Origin: Squalus acanthias
Taxonomy: Eukaryota
Assembly (NCBI GenBank): GCA_030390025.1
Contig: CM059432.1
Coordinates: 148,926,001-148,990,000, forward strand
Reading direction: 5' to 3'
DNA: 64,000 bases
Shown here: in pieces, positions 1-12,369 of the stretch
Position numbering within the stretch: position 1 is the first letter of the stretch
How the letters are laid out: each line of letters begins with the position of its first letter
The notes under the pieces: model-generated
Databases searched by the model: none
The model's input: the letters and a program-made list of their open reading frames with translations, nothing else
What the model was told of the DNA's origin: nothing
Program-made: the position numbers and the translations under genes

Positions 1-3000
1 GTGAAACCACTTTCTAGTTCCACTATTGTTCGTTTCTCAATCATTTCTTTTTCCTGCATTTTCTTCTGTAACTCTGCAACTGTCTTTTCCATCTCGTTTA
101 TCTGTTTGCCTTTTACTCTTAACTGCTCCATAGAATTTTCTAATTTACCAGTTTCTTCTTTTTGTTGTTCAACCAGTAATGAATACATATGCTTCTGTTG
201 TTTAAGCTCTGATTGAAGCTGGTCTGTTTCCCTCTTCTGGATTTGCTTCTCCTCTTCAACTTTTTCGAGGTGCTTTTGAAGATCTGTAGAAGATTTAATG
301 TTTTCTTGTTCAGAATAGTTTAATTCTACCTGTCTCTCTTTGTATTTTTGCACCATCTCATCTCTTGCTGCTACCTCCATCTGTAGAACCATAACTTGTT
401 CTTCATAGCTTTCTCTCAACATCTTCAGAGAGTTCTCCTTCTCAAGTTCCATTTCTTCTCTCACTTTCTCAACCCACTTTTGTTTTTCTGCCTTTTCTGA
501 TCCTATTGTAGTGTCCAGTGTTTTCAGTTTTTCTTCTAAGGCCCCAATGGTTGCTTCTTGCTCCTCTGATTTTTGTTTCAAGTCTCTTATCTGTTCATCC
601 ATACATTTTTCTTTTTCTTCCAATTGGGTTGTTAGTTGCTTCTTTATTTTTGCAATTTTCTGTTCTGCTTTTTTCTTTAATTCCGCTATTTTCGTGCTGC
701 TCTCAATTCTCATTTTGGCTTCTATATCCTTCAATTCTTTCTCCTGGTTATTTACAAGGTCTAATTTAATTTGCTCCCACTCATTCTGTTTCTGTGAAAA
801 TTCAACCCGGAGTGATTCCATCTCTTTCTCAAATGTTTGTATTTTTTCTTCAGCACCCTTGAATCTGTTGTCCTGATCACAAGCTCCAGCCTGAGCCTGT
901 TCAAGCTGCAGCCCCATCTCCTGCAATTCAATTTCCTTTTGATGCAGTTGTTTGTTGAGTTCTTCCGCAACTTTACATTCCTCAGACTTTGCAGCAATAT
1001 CTTGGTCCAGTTCTGCTATCCTAGATTTAGTTGTTTCCAGCTGGGCATTCAGATCATTTACTATTTTCTCCTTCTCATTCTCCACATAGTCAATTTCAAT
1101 TCTCACACTTTGTAAATTGGTAGTCAGTTTTTCTACCTCTGCTGTCAACGTTGATAATTGGTCATCCTTATCTTTATTCTGTTTAACAGACATCTCAAAT
1201 TTTGACTCGAGCTCTTTCATTTTGTTGTTCTGCTGTGTGAATTTTGATTCTGCCTTTTTCTTCCATTCTGTTAGCTTGTTTTTATACTGGTCTGTCTGTT
1301 CAAGGGCTGAAACTTTCTCTTGAGAAACAGTTTCAATACTCACAGAGAGCTGACCTACTTGGTCCAGCAGCTTTTGGTGTTCCACTTGGTACTGCTTGTT
1401 GAGCACTGATATAGCTTCTTCCTTATCTGTGAGACAAACACTGTGCTCAAGCTGCGACTTCAGATCATTTATTTGTTTCTCCAAGCTCAAGATAAGCAAT
1501 TCTTTTTCCTTCAGCCCTTCTGTGATGGATTTGTGCACATCTGTACTTTCTGCCAGCTCTTTTCTACACTGCTCAATGCACGCCTCCTTCTCAGCTAATG
1601 CTTGATTGTGAAGTCTGCTTTCTCGCTGGAGTGTGTCCTGCTGTGCAGTAATGTTTTGCAGTTCAGATTGCAAAGCCTTAAAGTTTAGTTCTTCGTCTTG
1701 CAGTTGTTGTGTTGTATGCTGTACTGAATTATTCAATAAGACATTTTGATTTTCTACCTCTTGAAGTTTAGCTTCTAGTTCACCAACTCGATTGATCCTT
1801 CCCAGAAGTGCCTTTTTTACCTTCTCAATTTGATTTTGGTAAACTTTAATATGCTCGTTAAGGATACTGATTTTATCATTACACCTCTTATGGAATTCAT
1901 TGGTTTGTAGCTCTATTTTTGCACCTGCTTCATTGAAGCAATTTATTAATTGCTCTATTCGGCTCCTGAATTCAATTTCGTTCCGCTCAAGTTCAACACA
2001 ATTTTCTTGAAGCTGTTTTTCACGTTCCTCGCTTTCTTTGCGACGCAGGTTTTCCAATGCCTGTAGACTATCGTCAGTTTCTTTCAACAAACTGCTAAGC
2101 TCGTGAATCTTGCCCTGGTTCTGCTCATCTGCTTTTTTCAGCTCGCTTAGTCGGTTTTCTAACTCTGTTCTTTCGAGCAAAGTTTGACTGTAAGTCTCTT
2201 CAAGGTTCTGCAATTTAGCTTTAAGGGCTGTTTCACTTTCCATCAAAGTACCAATCCGAACAGATGCTTCCTTTAGGTCCCCTTGGAGTTGCTGCATTTT
2301 ATTTGCTCCTACAGCAACCTCCTCTGTAAGTTCTGTTATTTTCCTGGATATCTCTTCCCTTTCATCATTGGAGGCTTCCAGGTTCAGCGTTATCTCTTTC
2401 ACTTCCTGTTCCTTTTGTTGAAGCTCAATCTGATGCTTTTCTTGCAGTTCTTCAATCTGCTGAACCAACCTTTTCTCCCAGCTTTGCTCAAGTTCTACAA
2501 CCTCTTGCTTGTGAACCTCATTAAGACTTTCCAGTTGTTGCTTCTGACTGGATTCCAGCTGGGCCACTGTTTCATTAATTCCTGTGGAACTTGCATGTGC
2601 CATTTTCACGATCTTTTCATTGAACATTTGCTCCTTTTGAACCAATTCCTTCTGCTTCTTTTCCAGCTCTGCTTTCAGTTTAATCTCCTGTTCAGAAAGT
2701 TTGATCTTGAATTTTTCCTGCATTTCTTTCCCCTTTTGTTTAAGTTTTTCCAGTTTTGCCTCGAGTGCTTTTATTTTCTTTCCGTATTCCTCGTGAAGTG
2801 AAGCAACTTGCTGCTCTCGCAAGTTTTGCTCTTCTGTTTGTTTTTGAGTGAAGTCTCCTGCCTGTTGTTTTTGAAGATCTTGTGCCTCAGTAAGTGCCTT
2901 TTGCTTTTCTTCTGAACTTTTCTGCAACTGTGCGATGTCTGATCCGAGCTGAGCAAGCTGGATTTCATATTGCTCCGTTAGGGAAGCTACTTTTTGTAGC

Positions 3001-3938
3001 AACTCACTGTTTGTTTCTTCCAGGCCTCTTAATTCCTGTGCCTGAGATTTATAGTTATCTAAATTGGCAGTAAGCTCATTCAGTCTGGTCTGATCTGACA
3101 ACTCTTTTTCTTCTAAATGTCTGCTAAGATTCACTTTCTCAGTCTCCAAGTTTCTCAGCAAGTTCTGTAACTCTGTTAATTGTATGTCATACTGTTGACG
3201 TTGGTCATCCAGTTTACAGTTCATCTTTTCTCTAGCATCTTCCTGCTCCTTCTGACGGACTTGACTCACAGATTCAAGTTTTGCAGAAACTTCTGTGGCT
3301 TCTTTCTGAACCTTCTCAAGCTCATTTATCAGACCCTGTTTTTCTACTTGCAGTTCTCCCACAAGTTTTTCCTTTCCCTCAAGAATATGACGGAGGTTGT
3401 TCAGCTCATCTGTAAATGTTTTCTCAGCTCCACCAAAGGACTGTTCATTGTCTTTTCTAGCAGCTTCAATTTTTTCTTCATAATGTATTTTCTTATCTTC
3501 TAGTTTCTTCTCATAGTCTTCCTCAATTGCAGATAACTTATTTTCCAACTCTTGGCGTACTTTGAGTATTTCTGTCATCTCGGTTGACAGCGCCTCCAAC
3601 TCAGTTTGTTTCACATCGAGTTTCTCCAGTGTTTTTTGGTTCATTTCCTCAATGTGTGCTTGGAATTGGGTTTCCTTCTCCTTCAATTGTGCTTCTAGTT
3701 CTTCAGCTTTCTCTTCAAGCTCCTCCACTTTAGCCTTCTGCTGATGGCTAATTACCTGTGTTTTTTCAGTCCATAACTGCTCTTCTTCCTGACGTATGTT
3801 TTCCAGTGCCTCTTGGTGTTTTTTAATTAAGGCTGCTATTTCTACTTTGTACTTGGCCTTCTCTGTCTCTAGCTCTTCTGATTGAGTTTCACCATCTTGT
3901 GACTTCTTTAAAAGCAAACTTTCCAATTCCAATACTCT
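1..3938 (-). CDS. GOLGA4: GOLGA4 giant coiled-coil exon (partial, runs off window edge)
   Basis: AG acceptor at 3939-3940, phase 0. Translation begins RVLELESLLLKKSQDGE...QFQAHIEEMNQKTLEKLDVKQTELEALS and later includes TEWKKKAESKFTQ and KKKAEQKIAKIKKQL, matching recalled golgin-245 motifs. E/K/Q-rich. The ORF track reports nothing in this frame, consistent with no stop before the edge. Confidence 0.95.
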
Positions 3939-4013
3939 CTGTGGAAAAAAATGCAATTTTTAAAATGATAACCACATGCAGTATTTTGAATTTCATAGTT
4001 GTTTATATATATC

Positions 4014-4015
<2 letters not shown>

Positions 4016-4072
<57 letters not shown>

Positions 4073-4080
4073 GTGTGTGT
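4016..4080. repeat. (TG)n/(CA)n microsatellite with short (TA) interruption
   Basis: Directly visible tgtgtg...atatat...gtgt. Confidence 0.98.
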
Positions 4081-4295
4081 TAATTAGTTACTTAATTAAT
4101 TTAATTATCCATCTGAAACCAGTGTTTGGTGACCTAAATAAAGGCCAGATAAAGTTGCTCTCACACAACAACTTCACTGTATTCACAAAAGGTATTTTAA
4201 ATGAACTCCAAAACTACTTATCATAATTTTACCCCTTCAGAATTTATTACAAACATGATGAGACAGAACTAAATATGTCATCAGTGAACAATAAT

Positions 4296-5026
4296 GGCTC
4301 GAATTTTGCTGTGAGCGGTGAAGGAACGGATTTCACCATTCACCTCGTGTAAAGTTGCCCAGGCATTTAGCGGGCTGGTCAGTGGAGATTTCTACTCTTC
4401 CGGCATCTGGCTGAATTAAATGCTCTCTACAGGGGATCTGTGGCATCTTTTGAGCAGAAAAAGCAGCTGGGTAGCTGTTCAATCAATCAGATTGAAGAAT
4501 CCTCACAGACAGCAAAGCAGAAAAAAAACCAGGAAATATAAATTATATTTAAATCATTGTACAGGAAGTGAAATAAAGATTGGGTCATACATGTGGGATT
4601 AAGGATATAAAACTAATTTTTTTTAAAATCTGCAACATTAATTTTCTTCTGAGGGAATACGACTCTACACTTACAAAATTATTTTTTCAGGGCCAGGGAG
4701 GTTGTTCAGCAGTAATTATGACTTACTACGCCATTAAAAACTCAGTTACTCCTGACTGAACAAGGTTTAACTTTATCCATCGGTTTTTCGTGTGATAATA
4801 GTGGGTAATTAACCTAAGTTTACACCTTAGTGATTTCTGTGCAGATTCAATCGGCAAAGACTGCAACAACGCAACCTGTGGACGAGCAGGGTATCACTGA
4901 CAGCAACTTCCGGATTTCTGCGATTAACTGCACATGTGCGGACGCCAGAAGTTGCTGTCAGTTTGACCCGGTAATAATGGTGAGCGCCGAAAGCCTCCCT
5001 GTTATTAGTACAGCAAAATCCTGGCC
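4296..5026. mobile_element. Non-autonomous DNA transposon (PIF/Harbinger-like MITE), family M1
   Basis: Imperfect TIRs ggctcgaattttgctgt / acagcaaaatcctggcc. Internal similarity to 36703-37471 and 51014-51713 (aatcagatt, gaggttgtt..gcagtaa, gtgagcgccga). Confidence 0.7.
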
Positions 5027-6894
5027 AAGAGAGTCAACCCCGGTTAAATGCTGTCTTTCTAATCCATCAAAACCCTTGCTGCACTTTTTAAGTCAAGAAA
5101 GGGCAAGAAAATCGTACCATTTGAATCACATATTCAGAAGGATGAATTGTGGCTTTTCTTATCCAAGTGATTTAGCACATGCGAAGCTGCTCCAAAATAA
5201 AGTGATTTTACCATTAAGAAGTGCATGGTTAGAAGAGGAGTTTGGCTGTGTTGAGATTTAACCACTAAAACAGATACTAAATTCCACTGGCAACCCAGAA
5301 CTGATTTTTTTTTTTTTTACAAGAACTAGATTAGAGCTTGAATTCTAACTCAACGGACGTACAAACACACTTGCTCTTATTGGTCATGTTTTGCCATATT
5401 TCTGCTGGGCTACTTAATCAAGTACCGTCCAGACGTTGGGGTGAGGTGAGAGAGAGGTAAAAGAGAAAAGGCAGCAAATCAGCTGCATTTTGCAGAGGTA
5501 CATCTCATGTCACACAGTAAGTGAATGGCAGTTACAATGGAGGTGGTGAAGCCCTGCACCGCACCGCCCCCCCACCACCTAGATCATCCTCCACCTCTTA
5601 CAGAAGCTCGAAAAGTGTATGAAATTGAAAGAAACAAAAAAAGAGAACAGAACAGATGTCTAATATGTTCCATATTGTTCAGTAAATCCTTTGGTAAGTT
5701 TTCTTTGTCTTCTGAATACAAGTCAAGTATGACTTACAAATAAATAAGCTGTCATCGAGCTCAAAGAAACTTGGGACACTGCACTTGAATTATCTGCGGT
5801 ATAGGTCAAAGTCAACATATTACTCAAATCTCCCTTCTAGGAAAGTTGACCATGTACCATTGCCTTGCCCACAATTGAGCAGAGAATTATGTTCTGGCAC
5901 TAGGCAGAACCTTGCCAATTCAGGTGTTGAAAGATTTAGGTGGAGCACTAAAGAAGGGTGTCAGTGTCCTGAATAATGCACACTACTCCACTGCCTCAAG
6001 CCAAAATAAAATACAACTTCTCCAGTGTTTTTGACCAAGATTACTTTATATATTTGGCATGATGATCTGCACTTCCAATCCCGATCTGTCTTATAGCACT
6101 TCACTTGAGTTTTAGATAATCATTTTTGAAGCAATCCGTCCTCTTTCCACCAATATCATTTCCCAGCATGTCAAGCAGTAATGGAGAGCCCTGTCAGACA
6201 ATTTGGAAGCGGCTTTTCATTCTGAAAGTTATGCAATGTTGTAGACAATGCAAGTCCTGATCATGCACATCTGTCATTGGAAAGGACCAAGCAGCATGTA
6301 AAAGTCTTGAAACCAAGCACAACTGTCAACCAAAGCAGATGGTAAGACAACTGGAAAAGGCTGAGAATGACACAGCAACATCAATCAACACAAGTTATCA
6401 ACTGAAGAATTTGATTCAAATATTATGCAGTCCTTTGCAAAACCATAAATTGATACTGATGACTGTGCAGAATGGGAAAATGAGCAAACATACAAAAAGC
6501 TTCATAATAACCCTGGCTGAAGGACAATCAGCTAAGGATGTAAATTAATCACAGCAGCCAATATAGACAGCACTGAAAAAGTTGCTTCTTGATATGTAGG
6601 ACTATAACAAACTGCCGCTGACAGTGCAAGAGAAAGAAATGAGATACACCATCAGAAGCCTTATCGGGGCTGGGAAGAGCACATGTTGCAGGGCACAGGA
6701 ACAAGCAGGCATAGATTAAAACTCATCAAAATAAAGTTTAGATGAACTTCTTCATGCAAAAGATGACAAACACTTGGAATGGTCTTCTGTGAAGGATGGT
6801 GCAGATGTACACGTCAGATTCATTCAAATGATGTCATAGGGGAACGTCGGTACTTCATTCGGAATAGGTGAGCACAGGTGGGCCAAATGGCAAT

Positions 6895-8330
6895 AGTAAC
6901 TTGTATTTATATAGTGCCTTTAATGTAGAAAACTACCCAACGTGCTTCACAGGAATATAATCAGACAAAAATTTACACCAAGAGAAAGGAGATATTAGGG
7001 CGGGCAACTAAAAGCTTGGTCAAAGAGGTAGATATTAAAGAGGGGCTTAGAGGAGGAGATGTTGAGAGGGGGACTGCTAGAGCTTAGGACCTGGACAGGT
7101 GAAGGCACGGCTGCCAATGGTGAGGCAAAGTGGGTGGAAGATGCACAAGAGGCCAGAGTTGGGGGAATGCAGAGTTCTTGGAGAGTTGCAGGACTGGAGG
7201 AGATGATAGGGAAGAGCAAAGCCAGGGAGGGATTTGAAAATAAGGATGACCAAGTTTAAAATCGAGGCATTGGTGGACCGGGAGCCAATGTAGGAACTCT
7301 GGGATGATGGGTGAATGGGACTTGGGGCAAATTAGGATACGGGCAGCAGAGTTTTGGATGAGCTTAAGTTTATGGAGAATGGAAGATGGAAGGCCGGTCA
7401 GGAGAGCACTGGAATAGTTGAGTCTAAAGGTAACAGAAGCATGAATGACGGTTTCAGCAGCAGATAGACTGAAGCAGTGACGGAGACGGACGATGTTACA
7501 GAGGTAAAAGTAGGCGGTCTTTGTGATGGGAGAGAATATGGGGTCAGAAGCTCAAATAGAAAGCTGAGGTTGCGAACAGTCTGGTTTGTACTGAGACAGT
7601 GGCCAGGGAGGGGGATGAAATCGGTGGTCAGGGAACAAAGTTTGTGGCGGGGGCCAAAGATGATGTCTTCAGTCTTCCCAATGTTGAATTGGAAGAAATT
7701 GCAGGTCGGACAAGCAGTCTGACAACACAGAAATAGTGGAAGGGGTCGCGAGGTGGTGGTGCGGTAGAGCCGGGTATCATCAGTGTACATGTGGAACTTG
7801 ACCTCATGTCTGCAGCCAATGTTGCTGAGAGGCAATATGTAGAATCAGAGTGGTTACAACACAGGAGGCCATTCGGCCCATTGAGCCCATGCTGGCTCTC
7901 TGCAAGAGTACTTCAGCTAGTCCCACTCCCCCTCCCTTTCCCCGTAGCCCTTCAAAGTTTTTTGTAGTTAAAAATAGGAGGGGACCAAGCATAGGTCTGT
8001 TTTCTACATTCATCGGACAGGCTTTGGAGGATGTTGTGGTCAACCGTGTCAAAGGCTGCAGACAGGTAAAGAAGAATGAGAAGGATTAATGCCCCACAGT
8101 CACATTCAGAGAGCACATCATTTGTGACTTCGATTAGGGCCATTTCAGTTCTGTGGCAAGGAATTTCGGGAAAGATGGGCACTAATCTGGGCGGCGACAA
8201 CAGAGGAAGGGAAATTGAAGATGGGGTGGGAGTTTGCAAGAATAGAGGGGTGAAGTGTGGGATTTTGATAAGTGGGTGATGACGGCAGATCTGAAAGGTA
8301 GGGCATCCCCATCGGCATCTATCTCAGTGA
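6895..8330 (-). mobile_element. L2-like LINE fragment (RT to 3' end), interrupted by a CR1 3' tail at ~7843-7960
   Basis: Minus-strand ORF remnants [45 protein letters not shown]. Confidence 0.8.
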
Positions 8331-8502
8331 AACAATCTAACTCTGTATATATGAAAAGTGAAATCATAGAATGGTTACAGCAGAGAAGGATGCCATTCGG
8401 CCTGTGTCAGCTCTCTGCAAAAAGCACTTAAGCTAATCCCACTCCCCAGCCCCTTCTCTGTGGCCCTGCAATTTCTTTTCCTTCAGGTACTTATCTAATT
8501 CA

Positions 8503-8886
8503 TCACATTGAAGCATACAAAATTATTACAGGGCTTGATAGGATGGATGCTGGGAGAATGTTTCCCTTGGCTGGGGAGTCTAGAACCAGGGGCCACAGCC
8601 TCAAGATAAAGGGTAGGCCATTCAGAACTGAGATGAGAAGAAATTTCTTCACACAGAGGGTGGTGAATTTTTGGAATTCTCTACCCCAGAGGGCTGTGGA
8701 GGCTCAGTCTTTGGGTATATTCAAAACAGAAGTCGATAGATTTCTGACTAGTAAGGGCATCAAGGGATATGGCAATAGGACCGGTGAATGGAGTTGAGGC
8801 AGAAGATCAGCCATGATCTCATTCAATGGTGGAGCAGGCTCGAAGGGCCGAATGGCTTACTCCTGCTCCTATTGCTTATGTTCTTA
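8503..8886 (+). mobile_element. CR1 (HER1-like) LINE 3' fragment
   Basis: ORF 8543-8797 RTRGHSLKIKGRPFRTEMRRNFFTQRVVNFWNSLP, followed by a ttatgttctt tail. Confidence 0.9.
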
Positions 8887-8889
8887 AAT

Positions 8890-9685
8890 GTTCATGGTCA
8901 CGATCACCTTCACAGCCACTGGCAATGCAGTCCTCGCCCTGCTCTGAGGTTGCAGCAGGTGGCAGATTTCAGTGAGGACGTTCTTAGTGAAGCGCAGATG
9001 TCCGATAGTGTTCCTCGCTGAGGTTCAGGTAGCAGAATCGCTCCCTGAATACCCTGGGTGCATATGGCTTCCTGCTGAGAGCCCTTCTCCCCCTCCTCCT
9101 CCCTCTTCCAGCAGCTTGTTCTGCTCTGTTTCGCCTCTGCTCATTCTCCCCGTCATGCTGTAGTCCACTACTGCACCCATGTCTGGCAGCAAGTGGTTTG
9201 AGCAGAAGCCTTGAAATCAGGACAAAGTCTTTCAGTATGTGCCACACCGCTCCCTGTAGATTTTAGCAACTTTAAAGAATTCTAGAACGCACCAGACACT
9301 TCTACAATCGCAGCAACAGCCAACAGAAATCAATCAGCAACTAACTTAAAAGTAGTTGATGATCCCATTAAATAGCGCTGGTGGCGGTCCTTCCTGCTGA
9401 TGAACACGTGTTCAGCTGGGCGTGTTTAAGAAAGGCTGTTAGCTGGAGCGTTGAGCTCCACAATGACAGGGCTTGCGTCAAATCAGCGTTACACGCCGAT
9501 TGATGTCATGATCTGCCTACCCTGCATACTTCTGGCCGACGTTCACTGGACATGTGCCAATGCCCTCACCAAGATGGCTTCCGGCATGACTTGCACCAGA
9601 AGTGTGCGGGCGCCGCACGCCGCAGACTCCATTTTGAATCCAAAACAGTGAAACAGCAGGTGCTTAGGAGCCGAATTTTGCAGCC
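8890..9685 (-). mobile_element. PIF/Harbinger transposon remnant (terminus plus frameshifted transposase N-terminus)
   Basis: Minus-strand translation PRVFRERFCYLNLSEE / HLRFTKNVLTEICHLLQPQSRARTALPVAVKVIV resembles the HARBI1-type transposase N-terminal region. Terminus GGCTGCAAAATTCGG at ~9685. Confidence 0.7.
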
Positions 9686-9719
9686 ATGCAGTCTTAGTAG
9701 ATACGGCACTCAAAATGTC

Positions 9720-10290
9720 CAAGCAATGGACAGCAGCAATCAACAAAGCTAATAGGATGTTCAACGACAGAACCGAAACAGTCGTAAAACAAATTGAAGG
9801 AAGACATGATCAAATTTTACATGCTCTGGGGTCAGACTGCATACTGAATATACTATCCAGCTCTGGTTGCTGAGAAACAGAGAAATAATACATTCAAGTG
9901 TTGGAGGGTGATCCCAGTCTTAGAGGTCTGTTAGGAAAAAGGATGGGAGAAACTTGGGCTCTTCAACCTGGAAATGAGATGTCCGAGAGATGATCTTATA
10001 GGTACCCAAGATTATAAACTGTGCAGAAAACGTAAATTTAGAAAATTACGTTAAACTATGGAAGAGAAACAAGGGCCCGCAGGTTTAATCTAGTGAAAGG
10101 AAAATTTAAGAATAAAATCAGGAAGTTCTTCTTCGCACAAAGAGTGATCACCACCTAGAGTGAACTCCTGTGTCCATGGTGGAAACAAAAACCCTGAAAT
10201 GATTTAAGAACTGGATGCTGCAACGAGGGGACATCTGGGTCTTTTGGATGAAAGAGCTCAGATAAGCCAAATGGCCTCCCTCATCAGTAA
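9720..10290 (+). mobile_element. Old degraded CR1 3' fragment
   Basis: Decayed ttcttcgcacaaagagtgatc (FFxQRV) motif and gccaaatggcctccc 3' UTR motif. Confidence 0.6.
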
Positions 10291-10652
10291 TTATTTCACG
10301 ATCAGGTTCCTGTTCTCTGATATTTACTGTGGTCCCACTGCAACTTAAATGTGACAGTTATTTGTCCACCGTTGTAATGCAGCAAGTTCATCACATGCCT
10401 GGCAGAAGGTAAAACTAACTGATAGCTTAAGATACTAGGCCTCTCAGATATATCTGTAATTTGTATTTACTTACCACTTTACAGAACTTGCTTGGGATAC
10501 AAGGAACTGTTTCTTTCCTACCAAACATCTCTTACTGCAATGAATTATAAAACCTTTCCCATGTGAAACTGATTTGGAAATGCAATCAATGATTGTGCTG
10601 GAGTCAGTTTTTAGGAAGTACAGTTAAAACCAGACAGGGACACTTGGCTTAC

Positions 10653-10808
10653 CGTTCTGAAGGTTTCCAATTCTGCTTGCAATTCCTGGATTTGCTTAGC
10701 TGCCTGTGCCTGAATAGCCTTTCTTTGCAATTCCTGCTCTTCCAATGCCAACACGGTTTGCTGTTCCTTCTCCTGCTGCTGCTCCCGGTACTCAGCGTGA
10801 TATTTATC
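10653..10808 (-). CDS. GOLGA4: GOLGA4 exon, 156 nt, DKYHAEYREQQQEKEQQTVLALEEQELQRKAIQAQAAKQIQELQAELETFRT
   Basis: AG at 10809-10810, GTAAG donor from 10652, phase 0-0. Resembles human QEKEQQESLALEELELQKKA. Confidence 0.95.
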
Positions 10809-12237
10809 CTGTCAAAAATAATTTATGCCATATAAACAAGTCATCTCACATCGGGACATATCTCTCTCCCACTTTGAAAGTTGTGGCTCTGTACATATTT
10901 TCATGATTTTTAAAACTGTGTACTTAATTCAAACAACTGGTTGCAAACTAAAAGAACACTTCAAAAAAGCCCAGCATGCATCAGTCAATATGCATGAGAG
11001 TTTCCCTGACCTGAGCAAATGATATGTCCCTTTCTATCCATAACCTGGGTCCTTGAGAGTGAGGGGGGCAATAATTGCTGCTTTGTTGAAGCTAAGCCAG
11101 AAAGCTGGGGCAAACTTTTTAACATAGTTTCTGCTGGTTGACATCTGCCCTCGGGCTCCATGACATTGGTATAGGAATGTGCTGAAAAGGGTGTGAGAAG
11201 AGCTTCAGGTGATGGAGAAATTTGGGATAGCACAAGATAATCTCAATACCTGTCAAAGACATGCTGCTGATTGATACCAGGTAGTCCCGCTGGGAATTGT
11301 ATACATTGACCAGCCCCAGTGGAAGCACGACTGCTGTCCATTGACAAGTTGATTCCGTAGTCAGGAAATTAAATTGTACAGTCAAGTCATTAACCGTCAC
11401 TGAAAACTAAAAAGCATTTGAACATTTGCTCACCAGCATTCTGTGCAATACCTTGCATCATTTAAACATGGATGGTTAACAACTCTGATTCAGAGGCTTC
11501 AGGGCTGGCTAAGAACTTGCAACTCCACCCCACACTTTGGTTTTGGCTGGAGAACTAATCTCAGTGGTTTAATTGATACTTGCACTATCTCAATACAAGC
11601 CTGCATCATGAGAGGCAACTAAAGACTCTTTCATCCAAAGGTCCTGGTGTGTTTTACTGTTTCTGTATTATTCCCTATGAAAATAATTCTCATGTTGTAT
11701 TTCTCCAGTTTGCCTTGTGGAAGAACGGGAGAACATAGTGCAGATGCCATTGTGAACTAGGTATACTATATACCACATTTAGGAGGTCATTGTTAATCCT
11801 CAGCAGATTTTAGATCATGCTGGACTTGATCTGTTTATGGTAACTGCCTTTTTGCTATCAACAGAAGCTAAATATGTTGGGAAAATTTCAGGGGGGTGGG
11901 GCACAGTTGGTGGTGGAGTAAGAAGTATGAGGAACAGAAACAATCTTGGCCCATCAGACTTCCTTTTATTAAAAGTACAGTTACAAATGGGCTGGAAACA
12001 CTGCACTGAAAAATGGATACCTTTGAAGAAAGTGGGAAACACTATGCCAGAATTAAGCCAGTCTCCACTAGAATTTTCTAACTGCATTGACATGACTGTG
12101 CTTTGGGGTACTAATGAGACATAGAATCTAGTCCCGACGGTTTTGTTCCACAATACACATTTACCATGACCACGACACAGGAAAAGATTGATCTATTTTG
12201 CTTGCAATAAAAAAAGCTCAGGTTACATGGTACATAC

Positions 12238-12369
12238 CAGAGCCATTTTCAACTGTTCCTGAAACTCCCGCTGAGAAGCCTGCAGTTGCTGCTCAAACTC
12301 TTTTTCTTTGCAAGTCAGTGCTTCCATGTGAACTTTTTCCAGTTCTCCAATACGATCTTCAGAGGACTT
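12238..12369 (-). CDS. GOLGA4: GOLGA4 exon, 132 nt, KSSEDRIGELEKVHMEALTCKEKEFEQQLQASQREFQEQLKMAL
   Basis: TAG acceptor ending at 12370, GTATG donor from 12237, phase 0-0. Resembles human KSSEEQIAKL...REFQEQMKVAL. Confidence 0.93.

Noticed and set aside
1..3744. Numerous plus-strand F/S/L/C-rich ORFs (e.g. 511-876, 2283-2801)
   Set aside because: Antisense shadows of the E/K/Q-rich GOLGA4 exon, not independent genes.
3899..4226. ORFs with a CVCVCV run
   Set aside because: Translation of the (TG)n microsatellite.
9390..9425. CTGATGA within a short palindrome as another hammerhead
   Set aside because: No stem II-GAAA-UH arrangement follows.
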